Positions 12,176 to 27,700 of a stretch of DNA of 64,000 nucleotides are shown in pieces. The DNA comes from Octopus sinensis (Eukaryota). The DNA lies in assembly GCF_006345805.1 (NCBI RefSeq), contig NC_043007.1, forward strand, positions 57,040,001 through 57,104,000, read 5' to 3'. A program made the position numbers and the translations under genes. The notes beneath the pieces were generated by a model, which made no database searches, was not told where the DNA came from, and was given only the letters and a program-made list of their open reading frames with translations. Within the stretch, counting starts at the first letter, position 1; the number at the start of each line of letters is the position of its first letter.

Positions 12176-15100
12176 AAGATTACTTATGTGTGATATCTTT
12201 GTCTCTTACTCCAAGTCACTGTGTCCTGTTATTTTTGTTATATTTAAAAAAAATTCTTTTGGAAGTCCACCAAAATACATGTTTAATTTGTTAGGTTACG
12301 TGAAGAGTTGGAAAAGATAAAGAAAACTGGAAGAATAGAAATGAGGGATGAAAAAGCCAACACCGAAAAGTTCTTTGCCCTGACCTACACACCAAAGCAT
12401 CGTAGTGGCAGTAAGAATTGCTTTTATTATAATAAAGTTTTAGATTTTCTGAACAATACAACTAATTTTTTTTTGTAGTTTTTCATGTTTTACACCATAT
12501 TTTAGTTGGTTCAAACTCTATTTCATACACTTATATACATATTTAATGTGGTGCCCCAGCATGACCACAGCTCATGAGCTGTAATGTGTTAAAGAGTATT
12601 TATAATTCCCTGAAGTTGGTCTGAACTCAGGGACTTCATTTCTAATGCAGTGTTTCAGTATCATCATTCTCATCATTATCTTTCAACAGCTGTTCTCCAT
12701 ACTGGCATGTGTTGGACAGATTGATAGGCTCCAATTGTGTTTTGGCATGGTTTCTATGGCTGGATGCCCTTCCTAGGACCAATTACTTTACAGAGTGTAC
12801 TGAGTGATTTTATCAGCACAGGTGCTTTTATGTGACACCAGCACAGGTGCTTTTATGTGACACTGGCACAGGTGCTTTTATGTGACACTGGCACAGGTGC
12901 TTTTATGTAACACCAGCACAGGTGCTTTTATGTGACACCAGCACAGTTGCTTTTATGTGACACTGGCACAGGTGCTTTTATGTAACACCAGCACAGGTGC
13001 ATTTATGTGACACCAGCACAGGTGCTTTTATGTGACACTGGCACAGGTGCTTTTATGTGACACCAGCACAGGTGCTTTTATGTGACACCAGCACTGGTGC
13101 TTTTATGTGACACCAGCACAGGTGCTTTTATGTGACACCAGCACAGGTGCTTTTATGTTACACCAGTACTGGTGCTTTTATGTGACACCAGCACAGGTGC
13201 TTTTATGTGACACCAGCACAGGTGCTTTTATGTGACACTGGCACAGGTGCTTTTATGTTACACCAGCACAGGTGCTTTTATGTGACACCAGCACAGGTGC
13301 TTTTATGTGACACCAGCACAGGTGCTTTTATGTGACACCAGCACAGGTGCTTTTATGTAACACCAGCACAGGTGCTTTTATGTGACACCAGCACTGGTGC
13401 TTTTACATGGCACCAGCATGGGTGATTCTATGTGGCACTCGCACAAGTGCTTTTATGTGGTACCAGCATCCATGAGCCTGCAAGACCTGAATCTCTCAGC
13501 TGAAAGTGAGATGTTGAGAACATGCCTGTATGCATGGGCAATCACAATTTTACTTAGATTGGTGTGTCTTCTCAAGTACAGCAAACCACTAGACGTTTTG
13601 GTCCCTTGTCATCTCCTCTGTAAGATCTAGCATCTGAAGATCCTTCCTCACCACTTCATCTTACACCCCCCCACACACACACAATAATGGTCTTCTTTTA
13701 GTTTCCATCTACCAAATCCACTCACAAGACTTTGGTTGGCCTGTGGTAGAAGACACCGAAGCTGGCATGCAGTCGGACTGAACCCAGAACCATGTGGTTG
13801 GAAAACAAACTTCTTACCACTCAGCCATGCATGATAGCAGTGGTTTGAATATAGGGTCAAAAGAGACATCAGTCATTGTCTACTGCAGTATTCTTTTGTC
13901 TTCGGTGAACCAGACAGTGATGTTAGGAAACAGATCGTTAATTTTAAGTGGATACCATATTTTTATCCCTTAATTAGAGAATGAAAGGCAGTATCTATGA
14001 TTCTTATTTTACCAGAGCTTTTGATGAAGGCAGGAAGGATGTTATCCTCATAGAAGGGACATGGTCTGAATGCTTGTAATAAACTGGAGCCTGTTAAAGA
14101 TCTGCAAAGACTAGATGACGGATTGAGTTTGCCATCCAAGAACACAGAATGCAAAGAAGCTGAAATATATTCTGAAAGCTCATCTGCTGTTCTCAAAATC
14201 CCACTAAGCGATTGCTCTAGACTGGTATTTTATCTTATTGATCTATCCCTGAAAGAATGAAAGGCAAAGTTGACCTTGGTGAGATTTGAACTCAGAGTAC
14301 AGAGAACCAGAATAAATACTGCAAGGGATTTCATCTAACAATTCTGCCATTTTGCTGGTGAAGGCATGGCATAATGAATCCACCAAAATCTGAAGTGTAC
14401 ACCTAGCAGTCATTAATCATTCATGTAGCCTATGCTCATAACCACTATGTGCATGTGTGTGTATGAATATTCACATGTATGTGTGCACATGCATTCATAT
14501 GTGTATGCATGCATCTTGTTCTCTTTGCACCACTGATAACATTAGCCAGTCAGCTGTTTTACTCTACAGTGTTTGGCATCTTTATGACTGTGATTTGAAC
14601 CTTTAAAACCAAAAACTATCTGAAATTAATAAATTTTAAAAATAATCTTATGTCATTACACATGCCTGATGAACAAATTGAAGCATGCTGGGCAAAATGC
14701 ATAGTGGCATTTCATCCATCTTTATGTTCTGAGTTCAAAATCTGCTGAGGTCAGCTCTCAGGGTTGATAAAATAAGTACCAGTTGGGGTTGGCGTAATTG
14801 ATTTTATCCTGTCACCCAAAATTGTTGGCCTTGAGCCAAAATTTGAAATCAATATTATGTAAGGCAATGGAGGAGCTGTTATGTGGTAACTTGAATGTCT
14901 ACAATTAGCAGTTAGGTTTTTCAAAACCATACAATATCATCTTTAAAAAAGTATTAGTATTTCATAATGTGGTCCATTGTACACACATTGTCAGTTTCTT
15001 TTCACCATTTTTGTGTCCATTTTCCAATCTGGCATGAATTAGACATTTGAACAGGATCAAACAAATCAAAGGACCCCAACTTACTCCGGTGTCTCAAAAC

Positions 15101-16559
15101 ACTATCTCTGCAAAGGAAAACATAAAAAAAAGATGCCTTCATAATTGAATGCCTTTCGTTACAATTTTGGTAATTCAAGGTAAACATGGAATAAACAACA
15201 AAGGAAAGGTACTTTTGATAATGTAGTCCTGTGTAAAGAAGTGCTGATCCCTTACTGTAGAGGGAACCTGTGGAAGAAGTGGACCCAGGAAGATATGGGA
15301 TGAGGTAGTGAAGTATGATCTTCAGATGTTTAGTCTCATGGAGATGATGACAAGATATCAAGACCTTTGGCGATTTGCTATGCTTGAGAAGACACATCAA
15401 ACTAAGTGAAATTGTTGTCATGGCCAGTGCCAGTGACATATAAAAGGCATCCATGTCAGTGGCAGGTGAAAAGCACTCATGTTGGAGATACATAGAAGGC
15501 ATCTAGTACACTGTGGAGTGGTTGGCATTTGGAAGTGCATCCAGCCATAGAAACCAGGCTATAACAGACTGGAGCCTGGTGCAGCTCTCCAGCTAACCAG
15601 TCCCAGTCAAACTGGCTAACCCATGCCAGCTTGAAAAATAGATGCTAAATGAGGATGATGATGATGATGACAATGATGATGAGACACTGTCTGAAAGAAA
15701 GATAGAAGGGCCATATTTGTTATGCCTTTGGTGATATGTCTACCCAGTCAAAGCTGGCCTTTAGGACTGAAAACTATCAACAACTTAACATCAAACCCTG
15801 TTTCTTTTTTCTCTTTGTGTTACCTGCACTAATTTTGTTTTGTGTTTAACTTTTGAGTTTAGTCAAACTAAATCCCAATTACATAACAACTGTAATGTCA
15901 TAAATAACAACAAGTGGATTGAATACACATAGTTAACATTATAATTCTATTTACAGAGAAAGATGACACTACAGACAGTATTTTTGCATATTCACCTTTC
16001 TTCAAAACTTGGCTACTAAAACCAGAAGATGATACTGAAAGTGATTCTTCTCGATCAATATCAAGTGAGTTGTTGTCCTTTCTTTATGCTTCTTCCTTAG
16101 TTGATAGCACAGTGACTGTGACACTAGAAAACCAGTCAGGAAGTTGCAAGTTCCTGTCTTAACATCAGAAATGTGCTGTATCTATGGCAGAAATGTCTTA
16201 ATTTAAAATGGCCCAAACCATCTCATTGTAACTGACTGCCATGAGATATTTGTTAGCTTTTGTCTGTGATATACTGGGAGCCTATCCAGCTGGTAATTTG
16301 TTTCTTATCCCTATATTGGCAAAGAAACTAGAGGTAAGCTCTGGCTTAGACAGCTGCAAAGAACAGATGGGCATTTAAAAAAAAAAATCTAGTCAAACCA
16401 CCATTACATTGTGGCTCTCTGATGTTTTACTTTGCTTTTACGTAATCTGATTCATCTTGAACATTGTTGCTGATCTTTCATCAAATGCAATGTGTAGGAT
16501 CAATTTCATCTGTTATTTCATTAATTTCATCATCATCACCACCACCACCACCACCACCA

Positions 16560-16603
<44 letters not shown>

Positions 16604-19600
16604 CCACCACCACCACCACCACCACCACCACCATCATCATCATCATCGTTGTTGTTGTCATTGTCATCCTCATCATCATTATCAGTCATCATAATCACCA
16701 TCATTTTCAACATTATTGTTATGATCATATACATCATCATAGTCTTTACCCAGTCTTTTATTAGCATCAAAATTACTGTTGTCTGCATGACTTGGTCTCC
16801 CTTATTCATAACCATTTTCATCATGATCATCATCAACATAAATATAGTGTTCATATATTAACCACCTATTGTATGTTGTAATTATTGTAGCTATGGTGAA
16901 TGAATATACTGAAAAGAAAACTCGGGCTCTCACATTTGATGATGAACACCATTTTCTTGAAGACTTCAAGGACGATAGTGAGAGTGTCAAAGACAAAATT
17001 CTCCAAAGTGAACTATCCTCTGCTGATATTGTTAAGGATACAAATTCAGTCAAAGACATTGTTAATGAAATTTCAAATGAAGGCCTCAAAGATGAAACCA
17101 CTGACAAAAAGTCTTTGAATCAAGAAGTTAGTGATATGATATCAGACCCAGTGTCATCCTATGATTTGAAGTTAGTTCAGGTTACCAGTAATAATTCCCT
17201 GAGCTCAACACCGACTAATGTGAATCCTGACCAAATGAGACTCAGTGTTGTAGGCTCAAACCAAAATATCAGCTGTGAGCCTCTAACTCAGGTACCCAGT
17301 GATGTGGTCTTAGACCAATTGGTGCTCAGCAACACAAGCTCAAGCCAAAATATTAATAACAAGTCTCTCAATCAGTTACCTTATGGCCAAGTGGTGCTCA
17401 CTGGTACAGGCTCAAGCCAAAATATCAATATTGAATTTCCAAATAAGGTCCCCATTGATGTGGTCTCAGACCAAGTGGTGCTCAGTAATAAAGGCTCAAG
17501 CCAAAGTATCAGTTTTGAGTCTCCACATCAAGCGCCCAGTGATTCAGTGTTGGACCAAGTGGGACTCAGTAATACATACTCAAACCAAAATATCAGTAGT
17601 GAGTCTCCAGCTGAAGCACCTAGTGGTATGGACTCAGATCAAGTGGGGCTCATTAGTGAAGGTTTGAACCAGTATAACAACAATAAATCACTCAATCAAT
17701 CACCCAGTGAACTAGTAGGCTTCAGTGGGACAGACTTAAGTCAGGAATTGAATGAAGTAGTCTCAAGTGAAATACGACTGTCATTTAGTAATGAATCACT
17801 CCAATTAGAACTCAGTGAAATGCCACCTAGTCCGGTGCAAATCAAGGAGGCGACCTCAAGTCAGGATGAAGAACATACTCAGATGAAGAAGAAAACCAAA
17901 AAGAACTTCATTAAAAGAAACATCCAGGTAGATAATTTTATTAGATTACATTGCTACTGCTATTGTTGTTTAAGCCATAACCATTTTCTGTGATGTATCC
18001 TTCATTTTCAAAGCAGCAGCAGGTGATTTTTGAAGAGAGTTAGCTGCTCCCTTTAGCCTGTAGAGGTTCTGGAATGGAGAAACCAATGACTACTGTAAAC
18101 TTTTTAGTTTTGTTCTCTTTGTATTTTAATTTCACTTCACACTGGTTGTGATTTTTCTCCCTCCTCCATCATCACAACTACAAATACCAGACATCTATTG
18201 ATGTTTGAGTCACTTAACTAAACAAAACAACTACCACTTTCTGAGTCTCTATGATTAGTACCTAGCGACAGGTCAGAGCAAGATGACAAGTAATCATATT
18301 AAGCTGCAGGTTTTACACCACAGAATCTCTCTCTTAGAATGATGATGTGACTCCAGCTAGGGGTCCCTCCCTCCCATTGGTTTTACTGCATACCTTGACA
18401 CCAACTAAAGGTATTTCTGCATCCTTGCACTCTGGTGGAATGTCATCACACATGCTTGTTAGCTCTTTGTTGTTGTTGGTGTTGAGGTAGTGAATGTCAT
18501 ACACCATGATTTTCTAATTTATTCAAAATACCTTCTGTCCAGAGAAATACCATATTGTAACCAAACTAACTGATACTTTATACAAAAAGTCAGAGCTAAT
18601 ATCAAAATGCTGTCACAGCTATCAAAATATAAATTTCTTGTAAAGGGAATAAAAACACATATATTCACTTGAATCTTCTCAGTTTATTACTTCTTCTTTT
18701 ATTGACCTCAAAAGAATAAAAAATACAGAGGACTCTAATGGGATTTGAGCTCAAAACTAAGAAGAGCTGAAAGGAAATGCAGCCATTCAGAGCTTTATTG
18801 TTTTGGTCGACTATATGATCTTTATAGGGATCAAATATTCAACAAATACAGTTTCTTTTTGTTTCATCTTCCTTTACATTCTTAGTTTTAATTGTATTTA
18901 TTTCTTTTTGATTTTAGTTGGCTAAAGATGCTGACAGTGCAGTTTCTATGACACCTGAAGAGAAAAACAGAATTGAGGATTTGCTCCAAGACTTGGATAC
19001 ATTGTATGAAACTCCTAAAGAATTACAGGTGAGACAACTTTTGAGATTTATGAGATAGATATGATAATGATAATTTGATTTATATTTTCACATTGCGCAT
19101 TGGACTTCATGTAGGAAAAGTGGCTGAGTTCCTTTCGAGTGTTGGGCCTTACAGAGGCAATGACCAAGATCTTTGGCATTATGTTAAGCTTGATAAGAAG
19201 ATCCATCAAGCCAAGCAAAATCACAGTCATGGCAGATACCGGTGTCATGCAAATGGCATCTGTGCTGGTGGCACATAAAAGCTTCCATCACACTCTTGGA
19301 GTAGTTGGCATTAGGAAGGGCATGCAGCCGTAGAAAACCATGCCAAATCAGACTGGAGTTTTGGTGCAGCCTTCCAGTTTATCAGCCCTGGTCAAACTGT
19401 CCAATCCATGCCAGTATGGACAATGGATGTTAAATGTTGATGATGATGATAATGATTTTATCAGAGGAAGTATATGTGAGAAATATTACATGACAGTGTT
19501 GTTATTTTGATGGTGGTGGTGTAGTGGTGGCAGTGGTGGCTGTTGTTTTTCTGCAGGTACTTAATAACCCCATGATGCCAAATTTTGTTCATTTTCAAGA

Positions 19601-22337
19601 GAAGTCCCTACCCGTTACTTTTGAAGTCTTCTTTGAATAGTCAGTTGTCAGTTTACTTGGAATGAAACAATGCAGTTATTAATAAAGAAATTTAAATTAA
19701 TGCGCGCAATATTTCAAAACTCTAGCATCACTCCTTTATAGCTTATGAACTTTTCAGCCCACCCTCATATCAACATTATATCTAAATATATGTCTATATC
19801 TGTCAGACACATATCTAAAACAGATATATGTATGACAGCCAAGATAAAACTGAAAGCTTGTATTTTTCTGAATGGAGTAAAAAAATCAAAGGAGTAGGGA
19901 ACTGCAAATAGCTTGGAAATCATATCTCCAGATCTAAGAATGATATAGAAATCAGGTTTAGTAAAGTGTGGAGACTGCTTGACTGTAAGAATGATATGGA
20001 AATCTAATTTTCCATGGAGAACTAAAATAGACTTCTTCAGGTTTTCACTTGAATAAATTTTAGTTCATGGTTCAATCACATGGTCACTAACAGCTTCCAC
20101 GATGAAATCTCTAAAGGATTCACACACTAGTATACTCCTTGCTGTTCTAAATATCTAATGATGTTGACACAAGTAAAACAAAGAGCTATACCAAGATGTT
20201 CCATTTATCACAAACACAATATTGGTCACTGCTGGTGAAGGAAGAACCATATCAGAAGGTGCTTGATGTATTATCCAAGAGATAATGCTATAGACAATAC
20301 AGAGGAATGGAAAATACATATCAGGAATGCAGAGAAATTCTCAGCATACTAATTGACCAAGTAATTAATTGACTAACTAATTGATTATGTATAATCCATC
20401 TGGCATATATAAATAGTTTAATGAATTAGTAGTTAACTCTAGAGGTGACTAACTTGAATAACAAAATCTTCATAGCATTGATAAAGTTCTGCATACAGTT
20501 AAGTATTTGGATCACCATCAAAAGATTTCCTCTTCAATGAGGAAGTCAAAAGAAGATACAAAAGAGTGATTTGCTGTCACTTTTTCTAGGTTCAAAAGAA
20601 AATTTAGGCCTCTTGAGTTTCTGGAACACTCATTAATTTCACAGAAATTTGATTCTATAGTTTACAATGGTAAATTGTATCTTCGCATGGTACCACTTTA
20701 TGTGAAGTGCATCAAGTATGCAGTGTAGTCACCAATTACCCAATAAGTTGACACACACTGTTTACAATGGTAAACTGTATCTTTACAATGGTAATCTGTA
20801 TCTTCACTGTAACATGAACTGGGTGATTAAGAGGTAAATTTCTCTTCTAAGAGATCAGTACTTTACTGGTATATGAACAAGCTTCAGTTTGTATGCTCAA
20901 TGCTGTCTGAAAGCATGGGTACACTAGGCTGCTGCGTTGGGCTCTCACAGGTCTGCGAGCCCAACAATCATTGATGTCATTGTATATGTTGAGATTCTGG
21001 TGCATTGCTTTGCAAGAGGGTCTGTAATATTGTTAATATGGTAGTATCTATGCTGACAACGGCTTTATCTTACCAAAACAATAAAATATTCCTGAAAATA
21101 TAAATTGAAAGAAAACAAAACTACTCTATTTAGTGATATATTTTCAATTTTTTCTTCATTATTTTTCCCTTCTTTCTTTTTTTATTATTATTTTTGATAG
21201 ATTTCTGATTTGGCAACTAAGGATTCCTTATTGTCTCAAAGAGAAGATGGATTCTTGAGCAGCCAGGAAGATAGAACCAGTCTTGCTGAAATAGATTACA
21301 AACTGAGATATTTGATGACACCATCAGAATTCGAAATGATTGCTTTGAAACATCGATCACCAACTCCCACTGTTAAGTATTGCTTGGAGTACATTTTTTA
21401 TTGTTTCATGTTCAGTTTGAACATCTGTAAGTTTATGGTTGCTAGTAGAGCATAAGTAGGCAGGGAACTACAAAGAGTTGACATTCAGGGGTTATGGTGG
21501 GTTAAGAAAGTGGCTACTGGAGCTTGGGTGAGAATAAGATGAAACTGAATATGTTTGGTATGCTATTGAGCTAATTCTGAGTAGATATTATTGTAGTAGT
21601 GGTAGAAAACTTAGAATGACAGGAGACAGTATATCTATGGGCTAGAGGTTTCTTATCTACATGTTTTCCAAAATTATATACAAAGTTCTAAAAAGTTTAT
21701 TTGAAAAAATTTTCTGCATTAAGAGAATATAACTTAAAACCAATATTTAATGTATTTAAAAGTTGTTGGTGATTATTCCTACAACATCACAATATATTCA
21801 CATTGTGATGATAGAGGAACATGTCTAATTATAGATAGAAGTTTTGTTAACTTTTCACTTATGATATTAGATCCTTGAGTGGGTTTGGAAAAAGCAAAGA
21901 TAAAACCATCTCAATGTATAGTTTGTCATATAATACTAAAAACAACAGCAATAGCTATAAATTCATTGATTCAAATGAATTTCAATATACTTGGGTAGAT
22001 TTATAATCTTTAATTATACAAATTGATGCAAATTTATATTGATTTGTTTGAATTTTGTTGTCACCACAGCAGCGATTATTTAGCACTGTCTCACCACCAT
22101 GTGATACTTTTGCACTGAAACAATTTGGTGAGAAAATTTTACTGGATACAAAAGAAGAAAGAAATATGAAAGAAAGGTTGACGAAAATTGATGAACAATT
22201 GTATGACATCAACACTAGAAATATCGACTATTCTGAAGTAAGAAAACATTTTTACATATTGACTTCTTTGATCTCTACTCTTGACACTGATTCAACACTC
22301 CAACTTCCACCTCAATTATAAAATAAAAAAAAATAAA

Positions 22338-22371
<34 letters not shown>

Positions 22372-23812
22372 CTTTTAGATTTCGGCACAAGGCCAGCAAT
22401 CTTAAAGGATGGGGTAAGTTGATGACATTGACCCCAGTTCTTGACTTTATTCTATTGACCTCATGAGGCTGAAAAGCAAAATTGGCCATGGTGGTATTTG
22501 AAATCAGAACACAAAGAGTCAAAAAGTTGCTACTAATCATTATGTCTGACATGCTAATGATTCTGTTAGCTTGTTACCTTAATAATAATAATAATAACAA
22601 TAATAATGGTTTCGTATTTTTTTGCACAAGGCCAGCAAATTCAGGGACGACGTTAAGTGGATTACATTGACCTGTTTACAACTGGCACTTATTTCATCAA
22701 CCCTATGTGTGTGTATGATATGGCTGTGTGGTAAGAAGCTTGCTTCCCAACCACATGGTTGTCAGTTCAGTCCCACTGTGTGGTACCTTCTCCAAGTATC
22801 TTCTACTATAGTCCCAGGTTGACTAAAACCTTATGAGTAGATCTGGTAGATGGAAACAGAATGAATCCTGTCATATATCTATCTGTCTGTCTATCTTTCT
22901 ATCTATCTATCTCTCTGTCTAGCTGTCTAAAGAAATTCTTTAACACATTTTTGTAATTGTTTCTGTACCATCTCTGCTTTCATTGTCAGTTCATGCAAAA
23001 ATTCAATATGAAAATTTACATGATATTTGCAGTTTTAGACATGAGAGTGGTACTTCATCAGACCTGCATCAATGGTGCACTTTTATATTGTGTGTGTTTC
23101 TGTTTGTATTTGTCTCCAACTACTGCTTCATATCTGGAGTTGGTTTGTTTGCATACCCATAACTTATCTGTTCCACAAAAGGAGACCAACAGAATAAGCA
23201 CCAGGCTTTAAAAAAATTCAGTTTTTGGGGTTGATTTGTTAGTTTGAAAACCTTCAAGGTGCTATTTCAGCATAGCCGCTGTCTGAAACAGGTGCCCCAC
23301 CTGTGGGAGGGGCTTTCTTGCCCGGATTGGCCTCACCAGCCACCTCCGGTCTCATAGCAGCAATTCCACCAAATGATGTCAATGGTCATCTTCGAACCCG
23401 AAGGATGAACATTATATATATTTATATTTAACATTTGATTTGGACCTTGTTTGTTTTGAAGGAAAAAAATCTCACTTGTTTAAAATTTTACCTCATGATA
23501 GTGAATTCTATATTATGATGTAATCTTCAATGAATGCATTAATAAAATTCTACTGAACACAGCTGTCATAAATTTTAGATGCCATTAGTGTTCACTTTAT
23601 GTATATGCTTTTCAGTGAAGATTTTTGGTAAGCAGTGTCAATTTTTAAAATTCTGTAAGTAATAATAGTAATATTTTATAAGCTTTAAACTTATAAAATA
23701 CTATATACCACCTTTCTTTCATTCCCTGAGTGTCTGCTAATACTTTACATGTACCACATCCTCGCATTGTTGTTTTTTTCTTGTGCTTATTCTTCGTTTT
23801 TTATTTATTTAC

Positions 23813-23858
<46 letters not shown>

Positions 23859-24735
23859 GGAGTGCAGTGAATAATCTGATGTTTAAATTATGCAAAACTG
23901 AACATTACACTAATCTCATTTTAACAGATATATTTACCAAAATTACATAAAAATCTCTTGAAATATCAAAGAGTTCATTTATTCATTAAAATCGCCAATG
24001 GTTTCAACCACAGCCTCCAGATGACTTCAGAATCTCCTGCAAATCTTCTGGATGGTCTCCTTGTTTAAGTTGCTGAATGTTGCCATAATGCTTGCCTTCA
24101 TTTCATCTTTGGTATTACAAGGTGTTTTGTTGGTCTCTCGCTCAACTGCACCCACACATAATAATTAAGGGGGAGTTAGGTGGCCAGATGTGGTCGCAGA
24201 AATTGTCTGATAGCCATGACTGAGTTCCCCTGCTTGTGTGGCATGGGGCAGAGTCCTGTTGCCAGACATAGGGTCTTCCAGTAGCCACCCTCTTCACCCA
24301 GGGCAGCACTACCTCCTCCAGGCACTTAATGTAAGCTTCCATGTGGAGTCTGAGGCCATGTGAGAAGATGAATGGTGGTATAACGTCGCCGTCACTAGTG
24401 ATCACTCCAAACGCCATGATGTTGACAGGATGTTTGATTTTTATCACTCTCAGTACATGTCCTCGGATTGCACTGTCCTCAGATTGACACACAAACACTC
24501 TGAAATGTTCGTACTGGAGCTTTTGCCACAAATGTCAAGCAGTACAGCATGTCGTTTCCAAATTTCTGGCAGAGTGAATTGCATCATGGTGTTGTTTTTC
24601 TCATAGATGGTGCTCAACTCACCCTGCCATACTGTGTAGTCGACAAAATCAAGAACAAAGAATGTGCAAAATTAAAAATATAAAATAGCAACAATTTACC
24701 CATTGTACCCTATATATGTGTGTGTGTGTGTGTGT

Positions 24736-24789
<54 letters not shown>

Positions 24790-27700
24790 ACATCAACAGT
24801 CCTCAAAATCACATCTATATCTATCTATATATATAATGAAGTAATTGTACAAAATGTTTAAATAAATGATGAGTAAAGCACCAGCACAGTTTTGATTACC
24901 TGTTGTTATCCATAGATTTATTGCAGGAACTTCATAGTGGTGGTTGGGGTAACAGTATTAATAAAATAGGAGAATGTAAACTTTCTATGTTCCTATTTGA
25001 ATTTTTGGCGTTTCAATAATTTTTCTCAGATTTTACTCATTCTCGAATGTGATGGATATATAACGGTACGTAAGCCGACTCAAGTGAGACTTTTTAGTGA
25101 TGCACCTGAAGGGACCCAGAACGAGTTGAAACATATGTTGCACACAATAAAGTCTATTAAACATTCCATCTCCAATTTTATTTATATTATATATTTGTGT
25201 ATATATATATATTTATATATATATGTATATATATATATATATCAGGGGCGTGCACTCTCAGCAATGCAAGGTATGCGCTGCATGCCTTCTTTGTTTCAAA
25301 GAAAATACGTCCAGTTGTTTTAGAAATATTGTCTCCACTTCGTACATCTGCTTTGATAAATGCTTTTAGAAGATCGCATGATACACACTCCCTCTCTGTC
25401 TGTATTAGTTTGTCCTTCCTTCCCCTCTCTCTCTATCTTAGTGACTCGATAAATTTATCGCTTGTCATGCGTTGGGAAGACAGCATGAGTCCCTTCTCTC
25501 TGTCTTTGATAGTTTGTCCCTTCTTCCTCTTTCTTTGTTTAAAAGATATACTACGAGGAATGGTCACCCCCTTCTCTCTCAGCAATTCGACAAATTCAGT
25601 TTGGCGTGTCATGCTGTGCTAAAATCGCATTTCACGCCTCTCTGGCTATTTTGACCGGAACAAGAGCCGTCCCATAATTCTTGTTTTAGCCAGCTGAAAT
25701 GTTGGAATAGCCTTCGCATGTAAGTTTGAAATTTTTTATCCAAAACATCCGTTTGCACTATCATATTTTTAGAAAGTTTTGAAAGCAAAAATATCTACAT
25801 TATATTTCTTATTTCAGAAATAGCTAATTAATTTAACAAAGGGTATTTTTCCGTTTTGTTGAAATTGACTTAAAATTTACGCCGGCGCTTCCACGTGGGT
25901 CCTTAAATAAGAGCAGCCTTTTTCAAAATGAGTGAAATGTGTGCTATAAACGATATTTTGAGAACTAGTTTTCTAAAAGGGACTTCGATGGGAAAAAATT
26001 AATTATAAATCGCGGGAGACCAACACCGAATTTACCTAATTCACGAGACAATTTCAGGTTAATTCGTATGAAAAGAAGAAATGGTTAACTGGAAGTGTTG
26101 CTCTTAATAAATTATTCTGTTGGCCGTGTTTACTTTTTGGCTTAGAAAAAAATGTTTGGAATGATAAAGGCTATGATGATTTAAATAATTTACATATGGC
26201 TATGCTAAAGCACGAGCGTTCTCAAAGGCATATAAAATGTTTGATAGACCTTAAAATATTCGGGAATGTTCGCATAGACTTACAATTAGATGCACGTAAA
26301 AATCAAAGCATACAACAGCATAATGAGAAAGTTCGACGAAACAGATCCATTCTGCAACGATTGATTGATGTTGTTATTTTTTTAGGCCTCCAGGAATTAT
26401 CGTTTCGGGGTCATTTTGAATCTGAAGGCTCTAATAATCGGGGAAATTATAAAGAACTCGTTTATTTGATCAGTAAGTATGACAAACAAATGGAAAGTCA
26501 TTTAGATACAGCTTCTATCTTCACTGGTCTGTCGAACAGAATTCAAAATGACTTGATCGAAGCAATTCATAAAGTTATGTTGAATGAGATGCAGAAGGAA
26601 ATTGACCAAGCTAAGTTTGTTTCTATTCTTGTTGATGAGACATCTGATGTCTCAGCATCTTCACAACTGTCAACAGTTTTACGTTATGTTACAGAAGACT
26701 GTGTGACGAAAGAACGATTTATCGGTTTTAGTGATGATAGTGCAGATCGATCTGCAAATGCTTTATCTGAACATGTTTTTAAATGCATTGAGACGTGGGA
26801 ATGTGGAAACAAATTGATTGCGCAGACATATGATGGTGCCGCTACAATGGCAGGACAACTAAATGGGTTACAGGCAAAAGTAAGAAAGAAATATGAATGT
26901 GCGATCTTTATTCATTGTTGTGCCCATATCCTAAATTTAGTTCTTTCATGCTCTGCTATGAAAGAATGCAAGATATTTTTTTCTACAATAAACGGACTCG
27001 GTACATTTTTTACGAAATCACCGAAAAGGACTAATGCATTAGATAATATTGTTAAAAAAAGATTTCCGAAAGCAACAGCAACTAGATGGAATTACTCCTC
27101 ACGTCTTATTATTACCACAAAGGAAAATTATAATTTCATAATCAGCCTTTTTGAACACATCATTTAAAATCCTGAAGCATGGGATGATATCACCATAAAT
27201 TCAGCAATTGGATTCTTACACACTTTAAAAGCTCCTGATTTCTTATTTTTGTTAGAGGTATTCAGTGACATTTTTTCTTTTACTGACGTCTTATTTAACA
27301 TACTCCAGAGTAAAAGTCATGACATAGTGTATTGTAAACAGCAAATAGATAAAACTAGAACTGTACTTGAAAACAAACTTGATAATTTTTCAGTCTTTTA
27401 TGATAGGTTAGGGGAAAAATATGGAGTCGATGTAGGAATCGGAATTCAGAGATCCAAGAATATATCTATTGATCCCCAACGACATTATAGAACGCTTTAT
27501 AACAAAATTATAAGTACAATAGTTGACCAAATAAAAGCACGATATTCATCCTTAGAAGAGTTTAAATTCATGGAACTTTTGAATTTCAACAAAGTTGATG
27601 AGTATTGCAAACAATTTCCTGTGGACTCTTTAGATTCTTTAAGAACAACTTATGGCAGATTTTTTGATGTAATACGATTACAAAGTGAGCTCAATGTGAT

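Noticed and set aside
12821-13470. CRISPR-like array
   Set aside because: The repeats are contiguous 25-mers with no unique spacers, there are no cas genes and the context is eukaryotic.
16457-16861. Poly-His, poly-Pro or poly-Asp ORFs
   Set aside because: Trinucleotide microsatellite in an intron; exon phases join without it.
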